The notes under the pieces are model-generated. The model saw nothing but the letters and a program-made list of their open reading frames with translations, did no database searches and was not told the origin of the DNA. A stretch of DNA of 64,000 bases, from the IMG/VR virus record IMGVR_UViG_3300045806_000063, positions 1-64,000 of that record. One strand, given 5' to 3'. The DNA comes from a virus. Positions 49,640 to 59,908 of this stretch are shown piece by piece (the first letter of the stretch is position 1; each line of letters starts with the position of its first letter). A program made the translations under genes and the position numbers.

Positions 49640-49652
49640 TTCATTATCCTCA

Positions 49653-50627
49653 TTATTTATATCTGATGCAGAAAGTTACTTGAAGACCAGCTGCTAAGTT
49701 TTGAGTACTGGTAGGGCCGTCTGTAGTGGGGGTGGCTGGAGTAAGAGTTGTCAAGCAATTCGTCGTCCCACCGCTTTGAGGCTGAAGGCCACCCGCTAAC
49801 TGGTAGCTATGCTCGTGAGCCATTACGGCCCCGTCGGTGGGGGTACCAATAGTCCCACCTGTAAGAATTTGCACTAGTGACAATCCAGGAGTAGCAACAG
49901 GTAGTTTAAAATTGGTAATCCCATCACCGCCATAAGCATTACCAATTTTGGCAAATAATAAAGGGTAATCTGCAATCAAAAGAGAAGTTGCTGCTGTTGT
50001 TGGTAGTGCTAGAAAGCCGTCAGGAGCTACAGTGCCAAGGTATTGAATAATTTCCGCAACAGGGTTAGGAGGACTCACTCCAGAGGCAGGATTTAACAAT
50101 ATCCAATTACCATTTCTATGCTGCAGAATCATCTGGAACCCAGCACCAAAAATATCCCCTGGCACTAAAGCTTGACCAGCTCCCTTCAATATTACTTCCG
50201 GAGTAGTTTCAGGTAACTGAAAAGTTGGAATACTCGTAAGGTTTGCAGCTATTGCTTGAATTATTAGAGTGGTACATCCAGAAGCTACACTGTTAAGGTT
50301 AACAGGAAGAGTTCCAATAATGGCATCAGAGCTTCCAGTAGCTACTCCTACACTAAAACTCCCTTCTTGTATAGCTAACTTAAGGTTATCAGCGGTAGCG
50401 GTTATTGTAGCTAAAGCATCTGCAGTCTGTGTAGCAGACATATATTCTCCAGCTAATATCCCTGTCTGATCGAATATAGTTTTCCATCCATTAGTTAGTG
50501 TAGTTAAAACATTCACTTTATTATTGAGTGCAGCCACTCCACTAATGTAACGCTTTACCGTCTCTACATTAGTTTTACTTAATTCTATTAGATCATTGAT
50601 CTTATCTAAAACTTGTCCGTTTATCAT
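49653..50627 (-). CDS. tail fibre protein with collar domain
   Basis: AP.GFL...G...L..DYPLLFA.IG..YGGDG..F.LP collar motif. Confidence 0.75.
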   Translation of the reverse strand: MINGQVLDKINDLIELSKTNVETVKRYISGVAALNNKVNVLTTLTNGWKTIFDQTGILAGEYMSATQTADALATITATADNLKLAIQEGSFSVGVATGSSDAIIGTLPVNLNSVASGCTTLIIQAIAANLTSIPTFQLPETTPEVILKGAGQALVPGDIFGAGFQMILQHRNGNWILLNPASGVSPPNPVAEIIQYLGTVAPDGFLALPTTAATSLLIADYPLLFAKIGNAYGGDGITNFKLPVATPGLSLVQILTGGTIGTPTDGAVMAHEHSYQLAGGLQPQSGGTTNCLTTLTPATPTTDGPTSTQNLAAGLQVTFCIRYK

Positions 50628-50656
50628 AATTGTTTACTCGGCAAAAGAAAAATAAG

Positions 50657-50686
50657 ATATAAAGGTAACTAATGTTACCTTTATAT
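50657..50686. repeat. palindrome, 13-bp arms, TAAT spacer
   Basis: atataaaggtaac taat gttac... Confidence 0.85.
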
Positions 50687-50705
50687 ACTTTAGCAATGGT
50701 TTGAT

Positions 50706-51947
50706 TTACGGAGCAGTAGATCCATTGTAATTGATTGGTATTGTAATATTTATACCATTCATTACAGCGCTAATATAACCAGTATGCTCCGTGGCTGGGG
50801 CCGTAGTGTAAGCATCTGATAGTACCAGGAATCCACCAGCCCCATTACCGATATGAACAGCTCCGCTATTATCTACCTGGAACAGGGCTGAAGTTGTATC
50901 GTTTCTAAGCAGTGTTAAGAAATTACCAGAAGGACTTGAATCAGAACTCCTTACGCCAACATACATGTCTCCTTCAGCAGGGGTTCCAGTTTGTGGAATT
51001 TGTGAAACTAAGATCCCGGTGGTAAAAGTATTCAAGTAAGTTCCAGTAGGGCTATTAGTTGGACCAATAACTACCCCAGTTGCACTAGAGGCAATTGTAA
51101 TTCCATTAATGGCATTCTTGATATTTACACCCGTGGTAAATGGACGAGTACCATCAATGCCAATTGCTTGAGCCGAACTAACGGCTCCGGTTCCATAAAT
51201 GTGGACTGGAGCATCATTAGTAGTAGCAGTGCTGTTAGTTGTATGAACTATATCGATGCCATAGAGTTTACCAGTAGTACCAGTGTCTGACTCTGAGAGA
51301 ATCTTTACTGCAGAAAGCCCGCCATATGTAGGTGAGTTTACTGCACTCTCTAAATGTGCACTGTAGACCACAACGCTATCCCACCCAGTCTTTCCCGCTA
51401 GCTGGGTAAAGTCATAAGCTACTCCAGTAAAACCGCCAGCAGTAGGACGTACCCCGGAAGGTGCAAAGTTAGCCAAAGTTGATAATGGTTGGATGTTAAC
51501 AGCTAACAAATCCCTAGGCCATGTAGTGCTCGTGAATGTGGCAGTGGGATCGATATCAAAGATTACATTGTCAGCAGCAAATGTAGATTCAGGAGTAGCA
51601 TTAATAACCCAACTACCAGCAGGTATTCGAATATTCCCTCCCCAAGTACCAAGTCCTCCAACTGCATTCAGCAAAGCTCCATCTGAATAACATCCACTTA
51701 ACCCAGTAGTGCAATTTGGTATACCGCCCCAGTCGATAATACTCGTACCGTATTTAAAATTAGCTTCATCTACAGCCCCTGCGGTAGCTGTAAAGTTAGT
51801 GTTAAGCTGACTGATAGTCAGTCCAGGTCCACCGGATGATACAGTATGAATCTCGGGTGACACGTAAGTTGGAGCGGCAGTAACAACTGCTGATGTAAAC
51901 GTCAGTGCAGCTACCATTAATAGTCTTGAAATTTTACTATTCTTCAT
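50706..51947 (-). CDS. signal-peptide-bearing tailspike/beta-helix-like protein
   Basis: MKNSKISRLLMVAALTFTSAVVTA-A; IIDWGG..N; paralogue of 60903. Confidence 0.6.
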   Translation of the reverse strand: MKNSKISRLLMVAALTFTSAVVTAAPTYVSPEIHTVSSGGPGLTISQLNTNFTATAGAVDEANFKYGTSIIDWGGIPNCTTGLSGCYSDGALLNAVGGLGTWGGNIRIPAGSWVINATPESTFAADNVIFDIDPTATFTSTTWPRDLLAVNIQPLSTLANFAPSGVRPTAGGFTGVAYDFTQLAGKTGWDSVVVYSAHLESAVNSPTYGGLSAVKILSESDTGTTGKLYGIDIVHTTNSTATTNDAPVHIYGTGAVSSAQAIGIDGTRPFTTGVNIKNAINGITIASSATGVVIGPTNSPTGTYLNTFTTGILVSQIPQTGTPAEGDMYVGVRSSDSSPSGNFLTLLRNDTTSALFQVDNSGAVHIGNGAGGFLVLSDAYTTAPATEHTGYISAVMNGINITIPINYNGSTAP

Positions 51948-51964
51948 TTTTTATTTCCTCTTTA

Positions 51965-52927
51965 TTAAAAGCCAATGGCATAATAGGTTACTCTTCTACT
52001 TCCTGTATAACTAGGGTCTAAAGTTATACTCACGTTTACATTGTAATCCTTAGGGGCAGACCATCTGATGGTGTCAAGGGTAGGAGGGACTTCTGGATCA
52101 TCTGCAGCTATAGTGCAGAAGACACTTAAGCATTTATTTGGAAAGTTCTTCCCTACAAACAAAAGCGTGTTAGGGATATTAACATTCTTAAATTTGTAAC
52201 TACCATGCTTGATAGTAAAACCATTTAAAGGTATCTCGTAATGGTCTATGTTTGGAACTGGAGTTACACCTGGCAAACGATTTTCTAAGTTTAAAATCAT
52301 TTCAGCAAATGCACTATTATTACTGTTTACTGAGGACATCAGGTTCAGTAGTGGTAACATTGTAGAGTTAGCCCAGAAACCAGATAAGCCACCAATATCA
52401 TCAATAGAGACATCTTGTCTAGTCCTTACTGCAGTCGATAAGTACATTAAGGCCTGGCAGATGATAGGGTATTCAGTCATGGCACTAGCCATTAATGAAT
52501 GGGGAGTTGGTGGAAAGCTAGTAGGAGCAGTACTCCAGTCAATAGCCATATACTCATCAACTGTATCTAACAGTCCATCTGCTATTATTGTAGCTTTATC
52601 AACCACATATTCACCACCCACGGTTTGGTAGTTTATATAGTAGCCTCCTACTGAATTACGAGGAAGCATGTTAATGGCACCATATACATCCAGACCGATA
52701 GCATCACTAGCTTGCGCCCAGTGTAATGATAAGGTGTAATGAACGTTTTCAGTTAAAGTAGCTCCGTTACTGGCGACTATACTTAACCCTTTTCTATAAA
52801 AGGGCGATGCATTAGGTGAGAATAAGTATGATTTTGATGGATCTGTCGCAGTGATCGTATGATACTCGTTAGGTATGAAGTTATCAGGCAGCTCGCCTGT
52901 AGGATCAAAAATATACGTACCTGGCAT
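51965..52927 (-). CDS. tail fibre-associated protein (phiKZ gp130-135 family)
   Basis: FDPTG..DN.IPNEYH, PFY, YQTVGG; gp53-like C-terminus. Confidence 0.7.
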   Translation of the reverse strand: MPGTYIFDPTGELPDNFIPNEYHTITATDPSKSYLFSPNASPFYRKGLSIVASNGATLTENVHYTLSLHWAQASDAIGLDVYGAINMLPRNSVGGYYINYQTVGGEYVVDKATIIADGLLDTVDEYMAIDWSTAPTSFPPTPHSLMASAMTEYPIICQALMYLSTAVRTRQDVSIDDIGGLSGFWANSTMLPLLNLMSSVNSNNSAFAEMILNLENRLPGVTPVPNIDHYEIPLNGFTIKHGSYKFKNVNIPNTLLFVGKNFPNKCLSVFCTIAADDPEVPPTLDTIRWSAPKDYNVNVSITLDPSYTGSRRVTYYAIGF

Positions 52928-52980
52928 GGTTGTTCCTCAGTTTAAAATTTAACATATGATGATTTCGTAGGGGTATATAA

Positions 52981-54174
52981 ATGATTAATGAAATCTTAGC
53001 CAGAAAGGCTAACCAGTGGATTGCACTGAACACAGATGACACAATTGCTACAGCTCTTTCTTATAATAGGGTATTTATTTCCATAACTGATCCTGTAACA
53101 CTTCTGCTATCCCAATACGATCTATTACAGTTCTCAACTATTAATTCAGTTAGTTCAAGTTTAACTATTCTTGAATTTATTACAGCTTTTAACACAGCTT
53201 ATCCTCAGTCTCAGACAAGGACACTATCCTTAGCATCTCAGAAGGTTATTAACTACTACACTCTATGGGACTATGGGTTAGTAGCCAATCGTATTAACCC
53301 TTCTAATCTAGCACTTTCTCCTAATCCAAATAATTTACCTGACCTCAGCATTACAATAAGTAATAATCTCTGGGGTAATGTTAATGGATTCCAAAATAAT
53401 CTATTGTTCTTAATTAATGGAGTTATAGCTCCTGAGACATATCTACCTAGTTCAATTCTGATACGACACGGTTCTTTACTAATTGATACTAATCCGCAGC
53501 AGACTATTGGAGTGTTAGACTTTACTGCATTAGGTGGTTATACCAGACAGTACTTTACAGCTAGTGATATCGCTCAGTTTTCCAGCACTAACACATCTGC
53601 AACTTACCACATTACACTAGCTACTCCTTTAACCGGATCTCCTGTATTAGTATTAAACGGTAGAGTTCATCTATTTGAAGATATTTTTAAAGTAATAAAC
53701 CCTACCACCTTAGCAGTTACACTAAGTTATGAAATGGTAGTTAAGGAAGCGTTTACAGCAGAACCATCTTTACTGAACTGGATGAGTAGAGTCGATGCAG
53801 AGTCAACAGGGTTCAACGTAGGAACCTTTAATGCTATTAATTACCTCACTCAACTTAGCTCCTTCCTTATAACTGTAAATGGAGCATTAAGTTATACAGA
53901 CGTTCCAGTTATAGATACAGGGTTAGGAAATGCTAGATTGACTTTTTCTGACATTACAGATATTATATTTCTTTCTGATGGAACAATCGGTTACTATGTG
54001 GTAAATGAAATGCTTTCAGATTTCAATACAGTTTTGTCTGTATCAGACCCACTGACTAGCAATCTACTTGCTGATACCGAAGTTATCACTAGCAATGCAG
54101 TAGTCTCCTCACAGCCTTTAAACTCAATCAAAAAATCTAACCCTATTCAGTGCAAACACCTTTATATATTGTAA
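52981..54174 (+). CDS. virion structural protein
   Basis: 397 aa; LFLINGV and VLVLNG repeats. Confidence 0.55.
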   Translation: MINEILARKANQWIALNTDDTIATALSYNRVFISITDPVTLLLSQYDLLQFSTINSVSSSLTILEFITAFNTAYPQSQTRTLSLASQKVINYYTLWDYGLVANRINPSNLALSPNPNNLPDLSITISNNLWGNVNGFQNNLLFLINGVIAPETYLPSSILIRHGSLLIDTNPQQTIGVLDFTALGGYTRQYFTASDIAQFSSTNTSATYHITLATPLTGSPVLVLNGRVHLFEDIFKVINPTTLAVTLSYEMVVKEAFTAEPSLLNWMSRVDAESTGFNVGTFNAINYLTQLSSFLITVNGALSYTDVPVIDTGLGNARLTFSDITDIIFLSDGTIGYYVVNEMLSDFNTVLSVSDPLTSNLLADTEVITSNAVVSSQPLNSIKKSNPIQCKHLYIL

Positions 54175-54221
54175 ATTATGACTATTAAACATCTTGTAGT
54201 CAATACACCAACGGATTTATT

Positions 54222-56045
54222 ATGTCTACTATCGTAAAAATTACATGGTCTAAAAAAGAAGGATATGAATGTAGCTCCGCTGGAGATATGAGATTTTCAG
54301 CATTTGGCGCTATCATGCCTGATGGAAGAACCTTAGAGCAACATTATCAGTGCGATGTTAAAGGATATGAACCAGGTGGTACTAACTGGAAATTAGGTAA
54401 AGGAAAACCACCACTTGATAAATCTACAAAGCCATTTCCTGCGTATCTAAATCTTTGGAAAATCTGGGCTAACTTACCTGGTAACATTGAGTTATTAGAA
54501 GAACTATATTTGTTAGCTTTGAAAAATGGTAACAGGTTAAGTGATAAGTTTGCAACCGGTCCGGTAAATCAAGCTCACACTTTATCAGTTATCATAAATG
54601 ACCTAAAGAAAGAAGTCAAGACTAAGATTACCGCCACCATCTATACTGATGGTTCCGCTAATCCCAATCCAGGCCCTGCAGGTTATGGCTTTGCTGCAAC
54701 TGATTCAACTGGTAAGAAATACTTAGGCCATGGCCCTACAGCACTACATTCAACCAATAACGTATCTGAGTTATTAGGGGTAGCGTACGGTATTTTGCAG
54801 TTAAGAAATAACATACCAACCTTATCGAACATTAATTTATTTTCAGACAGTAAATATGTTTTAAACAATCTGAAGTATTTTGATAACTGGAAAGCAAATG
54901 GATTTCTTAAAAGTGATGGACAGCCTGTAGCTAACAAAGAAGTATGGGAGTATCTTGACAGTGTGTTAACCTCGGTTAAGTCTTCTGGGGTTACAATTAA
55001 GATGGACTGGGTGAAAGGACACAATGGTAATGAAGGTAATGAGTTAGCTGATAAACAAGCTGACCTAGGAAGACTTGTAGCTTTAGAGAATAAAGTAGAT
55101 TTGAAGTTTGGTTTAACTGAATTGCATAACTTAACTGTTATACCGTTTATTAAGCTAACTCCGACTGATAAAGTTGCAGAAGCTGTCAACCCTCTGATGT
55201 GTGCTAAACGATGGTTCTTCATTACAGGATCTCCTGATCATATTCAGGATAGACCATATTACTTCGGAGCTAATTACGAAGATAAGAAAGATGAAAATAA
55301 TCGTAACTTAGGTAAACGAACCCCAGATACCATGTACACGATGTTAAAGCCTAAAGAGAGAATCAAACCATTAGATGATCTCCGAGCTGAATTTGAGTAT
55401 AAGTATAATGATGGCGCCTACCCTATTATCTGCGATCTAAAAAAGATAACGACCAGTAAAGTGTGGACTGACTTATCCGCTGGAGTACGTGAGAATGTAG
55501 AATTCTTAGGAGATCTCTTAGTCACCAAAAGTATTGCGGGGAGTGAGTCTGTTAGTTTAGGAAATTTACATTTCCCACCTAAGTTAGCTTTTAGAGTACC
55601 AAATGAAATAACACGAGCTAATGACTATATAACTGACTATGAAACACATGCTCACCAGAACTTGTCTCCACAAGAGTGTTCAATACTCTTCTTCGATATA
55701 ACTGATAAGATATACAGTTCTGATGCTAAAGGTAAAGTCTCTATGCAGAAAGAATTTACTGTCAGTGAGAAGTATATTGATATCGCACTTTCAATACCGT
55801 ACTATGAAAAGGGAGAAGTGCGTCTACCTGTTACTGATGATGTAATTCGTTTAACTGCGAACTTATCTATGCCTGGTCGTACTTGTTTTTCATCACTGAT
55901 TAAAGTATCTAAAGAGAAACCTAAAGTGACACTAATAGTTTACGATAGCTGTGAGCGTAGTTGTAGGGTGGCTGTGATCGTTGAATTTAATGGGGATATA
56001 GCTTGCTATTTTGCAAGTGATTCCGACTTCATAATAAAGAGGTAA
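54222..56045 (+). CDS. rnhA: RNase HI with extra N-terminal domain and long C-terminal extension (phiKZ gp155-like)
   Basis: YTDGS, TNNVSEL, SDSKY, WVKGHNGNEGNELADKQA. Confidence 0.85.
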   Translation: MSTIVKITWSKKEGYECSSAGDMRFSAFGAIMPDGRTLEQHYQCDVKGYEPGGTNWKLGKGKPPLDKSTKPFPAYLNLWKIWANLPGNIELLEELYLLALKNGNRLSDKFATGPVNQAHTLSVIINDLKKEVKTKITATIYTDGSANPNPGPAGYGFAATDSTGKKYLGHGPTALHSTNNVSELLGVAYGILQLRNNIPTLSNINLFSDSKYVLNNLKYFDNWKANGFLKSDGQPVANKEVWEYLDSVLTSVKSSGVTIKMDWVKGHNGNEGNELADKQADLGRLVALENKVDLKFGLTELHNLTVIPFIKLTPTDKVAEAVNPLMCAKRWFFITGSPDHIQDRPYYFGANYEDKKDENNRNLGKRTPDTMYTMLKPKERIKPLDDLRAEFEYKYNDGAYPIICDLKKITTSKVWTDLSAGVRENVEFLGDLLVTKSIAGSESVSLGNLHFPPKLAFRVPNEITRANDYITDYETHAHQNLSPQECSILFFDITDKIYSSDAKGKVSMQKEFTVSEKYIDIALSIPYYEKGEVRLPVTDDVIRLTANLSMPGRTCFSSLIKVSKEKPKVTLIVYDSCERSCRVAVIVEFNGDIACYFASDSDFIIKR

Positions 56046-56048
56046 TAA

Positions 56049-57302
56049 ATGTCTACAATATATGGTTTTCTGCAAGATAACTATTTTCTTAATGGTTCAA
56101 GCACACCTAATCCGGTGGGACAGATCAGTAATAAGAGTCTTACCTACGCTCCTACTGGTATATTTACAGCGGCTAACAGTGCCGCTGACTTATATATTTT
56201 CAATCCTAATCTGGTATCAGCTTTAGTTTCATCTACGGCATTAGAGCAGTTAGCTACTGCTCTAAGCGTGATTCCTAATTATCCTGTTGGACTATCATCA
56301 GTCCTGAATGATATTGTCGGTATTCTTGGTGCAGGGTTTACGAATATATCGATTGGAGCATTAGTATATAACCCAACCGATGCTAAGAACTATCCATCCT
56401 CTATCTCTTTTACATATACAAATGGAGGGGTAAGTCAGAATTACCAGATATGGCTTGCTGATACGAATTTTCAAAATGAATACCCTAGTGGGGTTATAAC
56501 TGTACTAACCCCAATAGCCAATCTATCTCACCTATACAGTAACTTCGCATTATGTAATGCCGCTATTGGAGCTTTAACTCCACTGAGTATGTCACAGTTA
56601 ATTGAAGCTCAGCAAGAAGCAGCTCCTCTAGAGAAAACTGTTATCTACTTTACAACTTTCCGGGTATTTAATGTTACAAACTCTAGTCAGTGGTTTGACT
56701 TACCAGTAGCGTATATTTGCAATGGTGGCACTTTATTTTGTAACACTGCTAGTTGTAAGGCTGCCTTCATTAATGCCTTACTAACAGAGTCTCTCTTCAC
56801 TCTACAGCAATGGGAAGTGATCATTCCGACACTGGTACCAACTAACAAGTTTTACGTTATACCTAATTTATCAAATGAAGCAATAGCTGTAGGGACTCCA
56901 ATCCAAAGTCCAACCATAAATCTCAGTACTACTTCATTAGCTACTCTACAGACTACTTACTTTCCAGATTATGGATCGTCAGTAGATGCCTTAATTGATT
57001 ATACGGTAGCTCTTTATAACTCAATAGGGTTATTCATATTACCGTGTAACTCAAATCTAACATCGGCTACCTTCCATGATACATTTGGTGATTACTTTTT
57101 AGTATCAACTAATGACGTAATCATTAACAGGATGTCAGTAAACACTCAACAGATGGTTACTCTCTTAACTAATATGCTTGTTTTAATTACCACTACCAAT
57201 GTCTTGGTAACATTACCGGCTGGATACTCTATTGAAGTCAGAAATGGTTTTAACTATCTAGTAGGTAATGTGGGTACCACTACATTATCTGTTCTTATCT
57301 AA
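56049..57302 (+). CDS. virion structural protein (phiKZ gp157-like)
   Basis: GQISNKSLTY; synteny after RNase H. Confidence 0.55.
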   Translation: MSTIYGFLQDNYFLNGSSTPNPVGQISNKSLTYAPTGIFTAANSAADLYIFNPNLVSALVSSTALEQLATALSVIPNYPVGLSSVLNDIVGILGAGFTNISIGALVYNPTDAKNYPSSISFTYTNGGVSQNYQIWLADTNFQNEYPSGVITVLTPIANLSHLYSNFALCNAAIGALTPLSMSQLIEAQQEAAPLEKTVIYFTTFRVFNVTNSSQWFDLPVAYICNGGTLFCNTASCKAAFINALLTESLFTLQQWEVIIPTLVPTNKFYVIPNLSNEAIAVGTPIQSPTINLSTTSLATLQTTYFPDYGSSVDALIDYTVALYNSIGLFILPCNSNLTSATFHDTFGDYFLVSTNDVIINRMSVNTQQMVTLLTNMLVLITTTNVLVTLPAGYSIEVRNGFNYLVGNVGTTTLSVLI

Positions 57303-57314
57303 GGAGAACTTTTT

Positions 57315-57947
57315 ATGTCATTAGCTTTAGCTTTAGGGAGTTATGGCTTATTTACAGCTTTATCTCCATTTGCTATTACTCAAGTAAATTATCAGGTAAC
57401 TCAACTCAATCTAATAAGTGCACTAGTTTCAAATGGAGTTGATGTATTTAATAGCTTTTATGCACCTGCGGGATTACTTCAAGCACAGTTTACTACAGAT
57501 CTGACAAATGGCGCTGCTATAGTGACGCTAGAGTCGGAAAATGGACCAACAGTCAATATCCCCTCAAGTTATCTTTCCACCTCACCAGTGGAGCCTGCGG
57601 TAGCTTATCATGGAGCAATACTATTTGTAGACTTAGGCGATTTACCTGATGCAGTTTCTTTAGATCAGCTAACCTCTGACATAACTGTTATGGCTGAAGG
57701 TGCATTAGGAGTAACTGCTACAGTAACCACAGCGGTTAAACCTGCTAAGAAGCTTTATAGCTATGCAGAATCTTTAGTATTAGAAGCAGAAAGACAAGTA
57801 GCCTTAACAACTTATCTCTCATTTTACTCTGGCAAGGTTGCAGCTGATGCAGAATTAGCTGCAGTAAAACTACAGCTTGGTAAATATGCAGATATAATAA
57901 AATCACAAATAACCCAGATAGAAGCATTGAAAGCTCAACTGCCTTAA
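57315..57947 (+). CDS. hypothetical protein (phiKZ gp158-like)
   Basis: AAGGAG RBS; synteny. Confidence 0.55.
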   Translation: MSLALALGSYGLFTALSPFAITQVNYQVTQLNLISALVSNGVDVFNSFYAPAGLLQAQFTTDLTNGAAIVTLESENGPTVNIPSSYLSTSPVEPAVAYHGAILFVDLGDLPDAVSLDQLTSDITVMAEGALGVTATVTTAVKPAKKLYSYAESLVLEAERQVALTTYLSFYSGKVAADAELAAVKLQLGKYADIIKSQITQIEALKAQLP

Positions 57948-57956
57948 ACTCACCGT

Positions 57957-57996
57957 ATATATTACTCCTTCGCATTAATGCGAAGGAGTAATATAT
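57957..57996. repeat. perfect 40-nt palindrome
   Basis: atatattactccttcgcatt|aatg... Confidence 0.9.
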
Positions 57997-58046
57997 TTAT
58001 TTAGACTTCACCATATATACAGTGTATTTAATTAGAGGAATTAACA

Positions 58047-58880
58047 ATGACAACGACATATAGTAAAGAACAACAAGCTGCGATATTTAAGGGAGTTTCA
58101 TTAGTACAGAAAGCGTATAACAATACACTGTTCACAGATATGAAGTTTGAAATAGATAAGAATTATGGAGACTATTATCATTCCGATACTTCAGTAGCTA
58201 TTCCATTACGAGAAACGATGGGAGCAGGCATTATAACTCATGAAGCAGACGGAAGTACTACTGTAGATATAGTTTACAGAGGCACTGAATTTAACACACC
58301 TTTTGATGTACTGACTGACTTGACAGATGTTTATACTTATTTAAATCATGAAAACTTTAAACCATGTATACTTCGTCGAGATTTAAAACCAGGCGTTCAT
58401 GCAGGCGGTCATAAGAGATGGGCAGATTTAATTAGCGATGGTAAGTTTTACAAAAGTTTAAATATGCATTTACGTGGGCATAAATCACCTGACACGTTAA
58501 GAGTGTATGGGCATTCTATGGGATGCTGGCCGGCAATATTAACAGCACTTGACATTTTTGCATTAAAGGACGCGGTGGCAATACTACCAGGTAAAGTATT
58601 CAATATTGAATGTCACCTATACGCCCCGCCTACTTTCTGCGATTCCGCATTCCTGCAACTAATTAAGTCCATTTTACTACAAATTAGATTTAAGATAACC
58701 TTTATTGTTATAGCTCTTGAACATGACATAGTGCCAGATCTTCCATTGGATTTTAAACAAGCATACCCAGTTACCAGGATACCTAGTGAAGGATGGATTA
58801 TGGAAGAATTGAAACATCATTCAATTGATAGTTATCCAGAAGCACTGAAGAAATACTTTGAAATAGAATTAACATCTTAA
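58047..58880 (+). CDS. class 3 lipase (alpha/beta hydrolase)
   Basis: VYRGT, H.G, GHSMG, YAPP, DIVP, HSIDSY. Confidence 0.8.
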   Translation: MTTTYSKEQQAAIFKGVSLVQKAYNNTLFTDMKFEIDKNYGDYYHSDTSVAIPLRETMGAGIITHEADGSTTVDIVYRGTEFNTPFDVLTDLTDVYTYLNHENFKPCILRRDLKPGVHAGGHKRWADLISDGKFYKSLNMHLRGHKSPDTLRVYGHSMGCWPAILTALDIFALKDAVAILPGKVFNIECHLYAPPTFCDSAFLQLIKSILLQIRFKITFIVIALEHDIVPDLPLDFKQAYPVTRIPSEGWIMEELKHHSIDSYPEALKKYFEIELTS

Positions 58881-58952
58881 ATTTAATTATAGTTACTAGT
58901 TCTATAATGTGACTGATAATAGTCATCACTTAACCTCACATAGGAAATACAA

Positions 58953-59420
58953 ATGTCTTCACATTCTGCAAAACAACTGGTCTCGGCCAAATTCTCATTT
59001 ATTGTTTCATTAGTGGTAGCTGCAGCAGCATCCTTTACTCAACTTGACGGTACAATCCTGGCAGTTCAACCAACTGATACTTTTGAATCTTTTGTCCAAA
59101 AACTGCAAGCTTCCGTAACCGTATTGCCACAACCACTGCAAGCTTATCTGGATGATGATTCCGGCACTCTGGTTACTGTACCTTATGGCGCTACTGTTGG
59201 TGACGTGGTCGTTTGGGCCGATGATGCCATCCCAGCAGTTGCTGCAGCCGGTACCACTTTCTTTACTGCAGCTGAATGGGCTACTCTGATTGAACCAGGT
59301 TCTGAAGTTGATTCAGCTGCTGTCGCTGCAGTAGCTGACACTGCACCTGTGGCCGATACCGCTCCTGTGTCTGAAGGTTTTGACACTGCACCTGTGGCCG
59401 ATACCGCCCCTGTAGCTTAA
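58953..59420 (+). CDS. Ala-rich protein with DTAPVA repeats
   Basis: AGGA RBS; N-terminal hydrophobic stretch. Confidence 0.65.
   Translation: MSSHSAKQLVSAKFSFIVSLVVAAAASFTQLDGTILAVQPTDTFESFVQKLQASVTVLPQPLQAYLDDDSGTLVTVPYGATVGDVVVWADDAIPAVAAAGTTFFTAAEWATLIEPGSEVDSAAVAAVADTAPVADTAPVSEGFDTAPVADTAPVA
59337..59407 (+). repeat. 26-nt direct repeat, 45-nt period
   Basis: gacactgcacctgtggccgataccgc at 59337 and 59382. Confidence 0.9.
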
Positions 59421-59435
59421 TCTTTATTCGGCCAG

Positions 59436-59765
59436 GTGACTTCACTTAGCACCAAAACTATTACCCCCAGCATTAATGCTGGGGGTAATACCCAAGGTAC
59501 CTCAACTGCTTCTCCAAATGTAGATCAAAATAATATAACCGAAGTAGGTCAGTTAGCTACGGTAGCAGTTAATGCAGCAACTGATGCTGGTACTGGTAAT
59601 ATTATTGGTGCAGGCTTTAATGGCTTTGCTGCATTAGTGATAGCTGCTGAATTAGTTGAGCAGAATATAAGAGTAATGGAAGCGCATCATGAAATTGAAA
59701 AAACAATTAATAATGAGACTAACGATCAGCTTGATGCTGATCTTGCAAGGTTGCGGGAGCTTTAA
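59436..59765 (+). CDS. possible i-spanin-like protein, start uncertain
   Basis: Hydrophobic segment, helical C-terminus overlapping a lipoprotein gene; no SD at GTG. Confidence 0.4.
   Translation: MTSLSTKTITPSINAGGNTQGTSTASPNVDQNNITEVGQLATVAVNAATDAGTGNIIGAGFNGFAALVIAAELVEQNIRVMEAHHEIEKTINNETNDQLDADLARLREL
59459..59490. repeat. perfect 32-nt palindrome inside an open frame
   Basis: tattacccccagcatt|aatgctgggggtaata. Confidence 0.9.
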
Positions 59766-59898
59766 TTGTAACAACGGTTTTATCATTCCTTCTAAGAGTG
59801 TTACAGACGGAATGCTGATTGACGAAAAGAGAAGCTTAGACATTCGGGCTCAGGAATTTAAAAATGACTGCCCTTCTGGAAAATTTATCACCTTATAA
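59713..59898 (+). CDS. small lipoprotein (o-spanin-like)
   Basis: MRLTISLMLILQG-C lipobox; overlaps 3' end of upstream ORF. Confidence 0.55.
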   Translation: MRLTISLMLILQGCGSFNCNNGFIIPSKSVTDGMLIDEKRSLDIRAQEFKNDCPSGKFITL

Positions 59899-59908
59899 GG
59901 AAAACATA

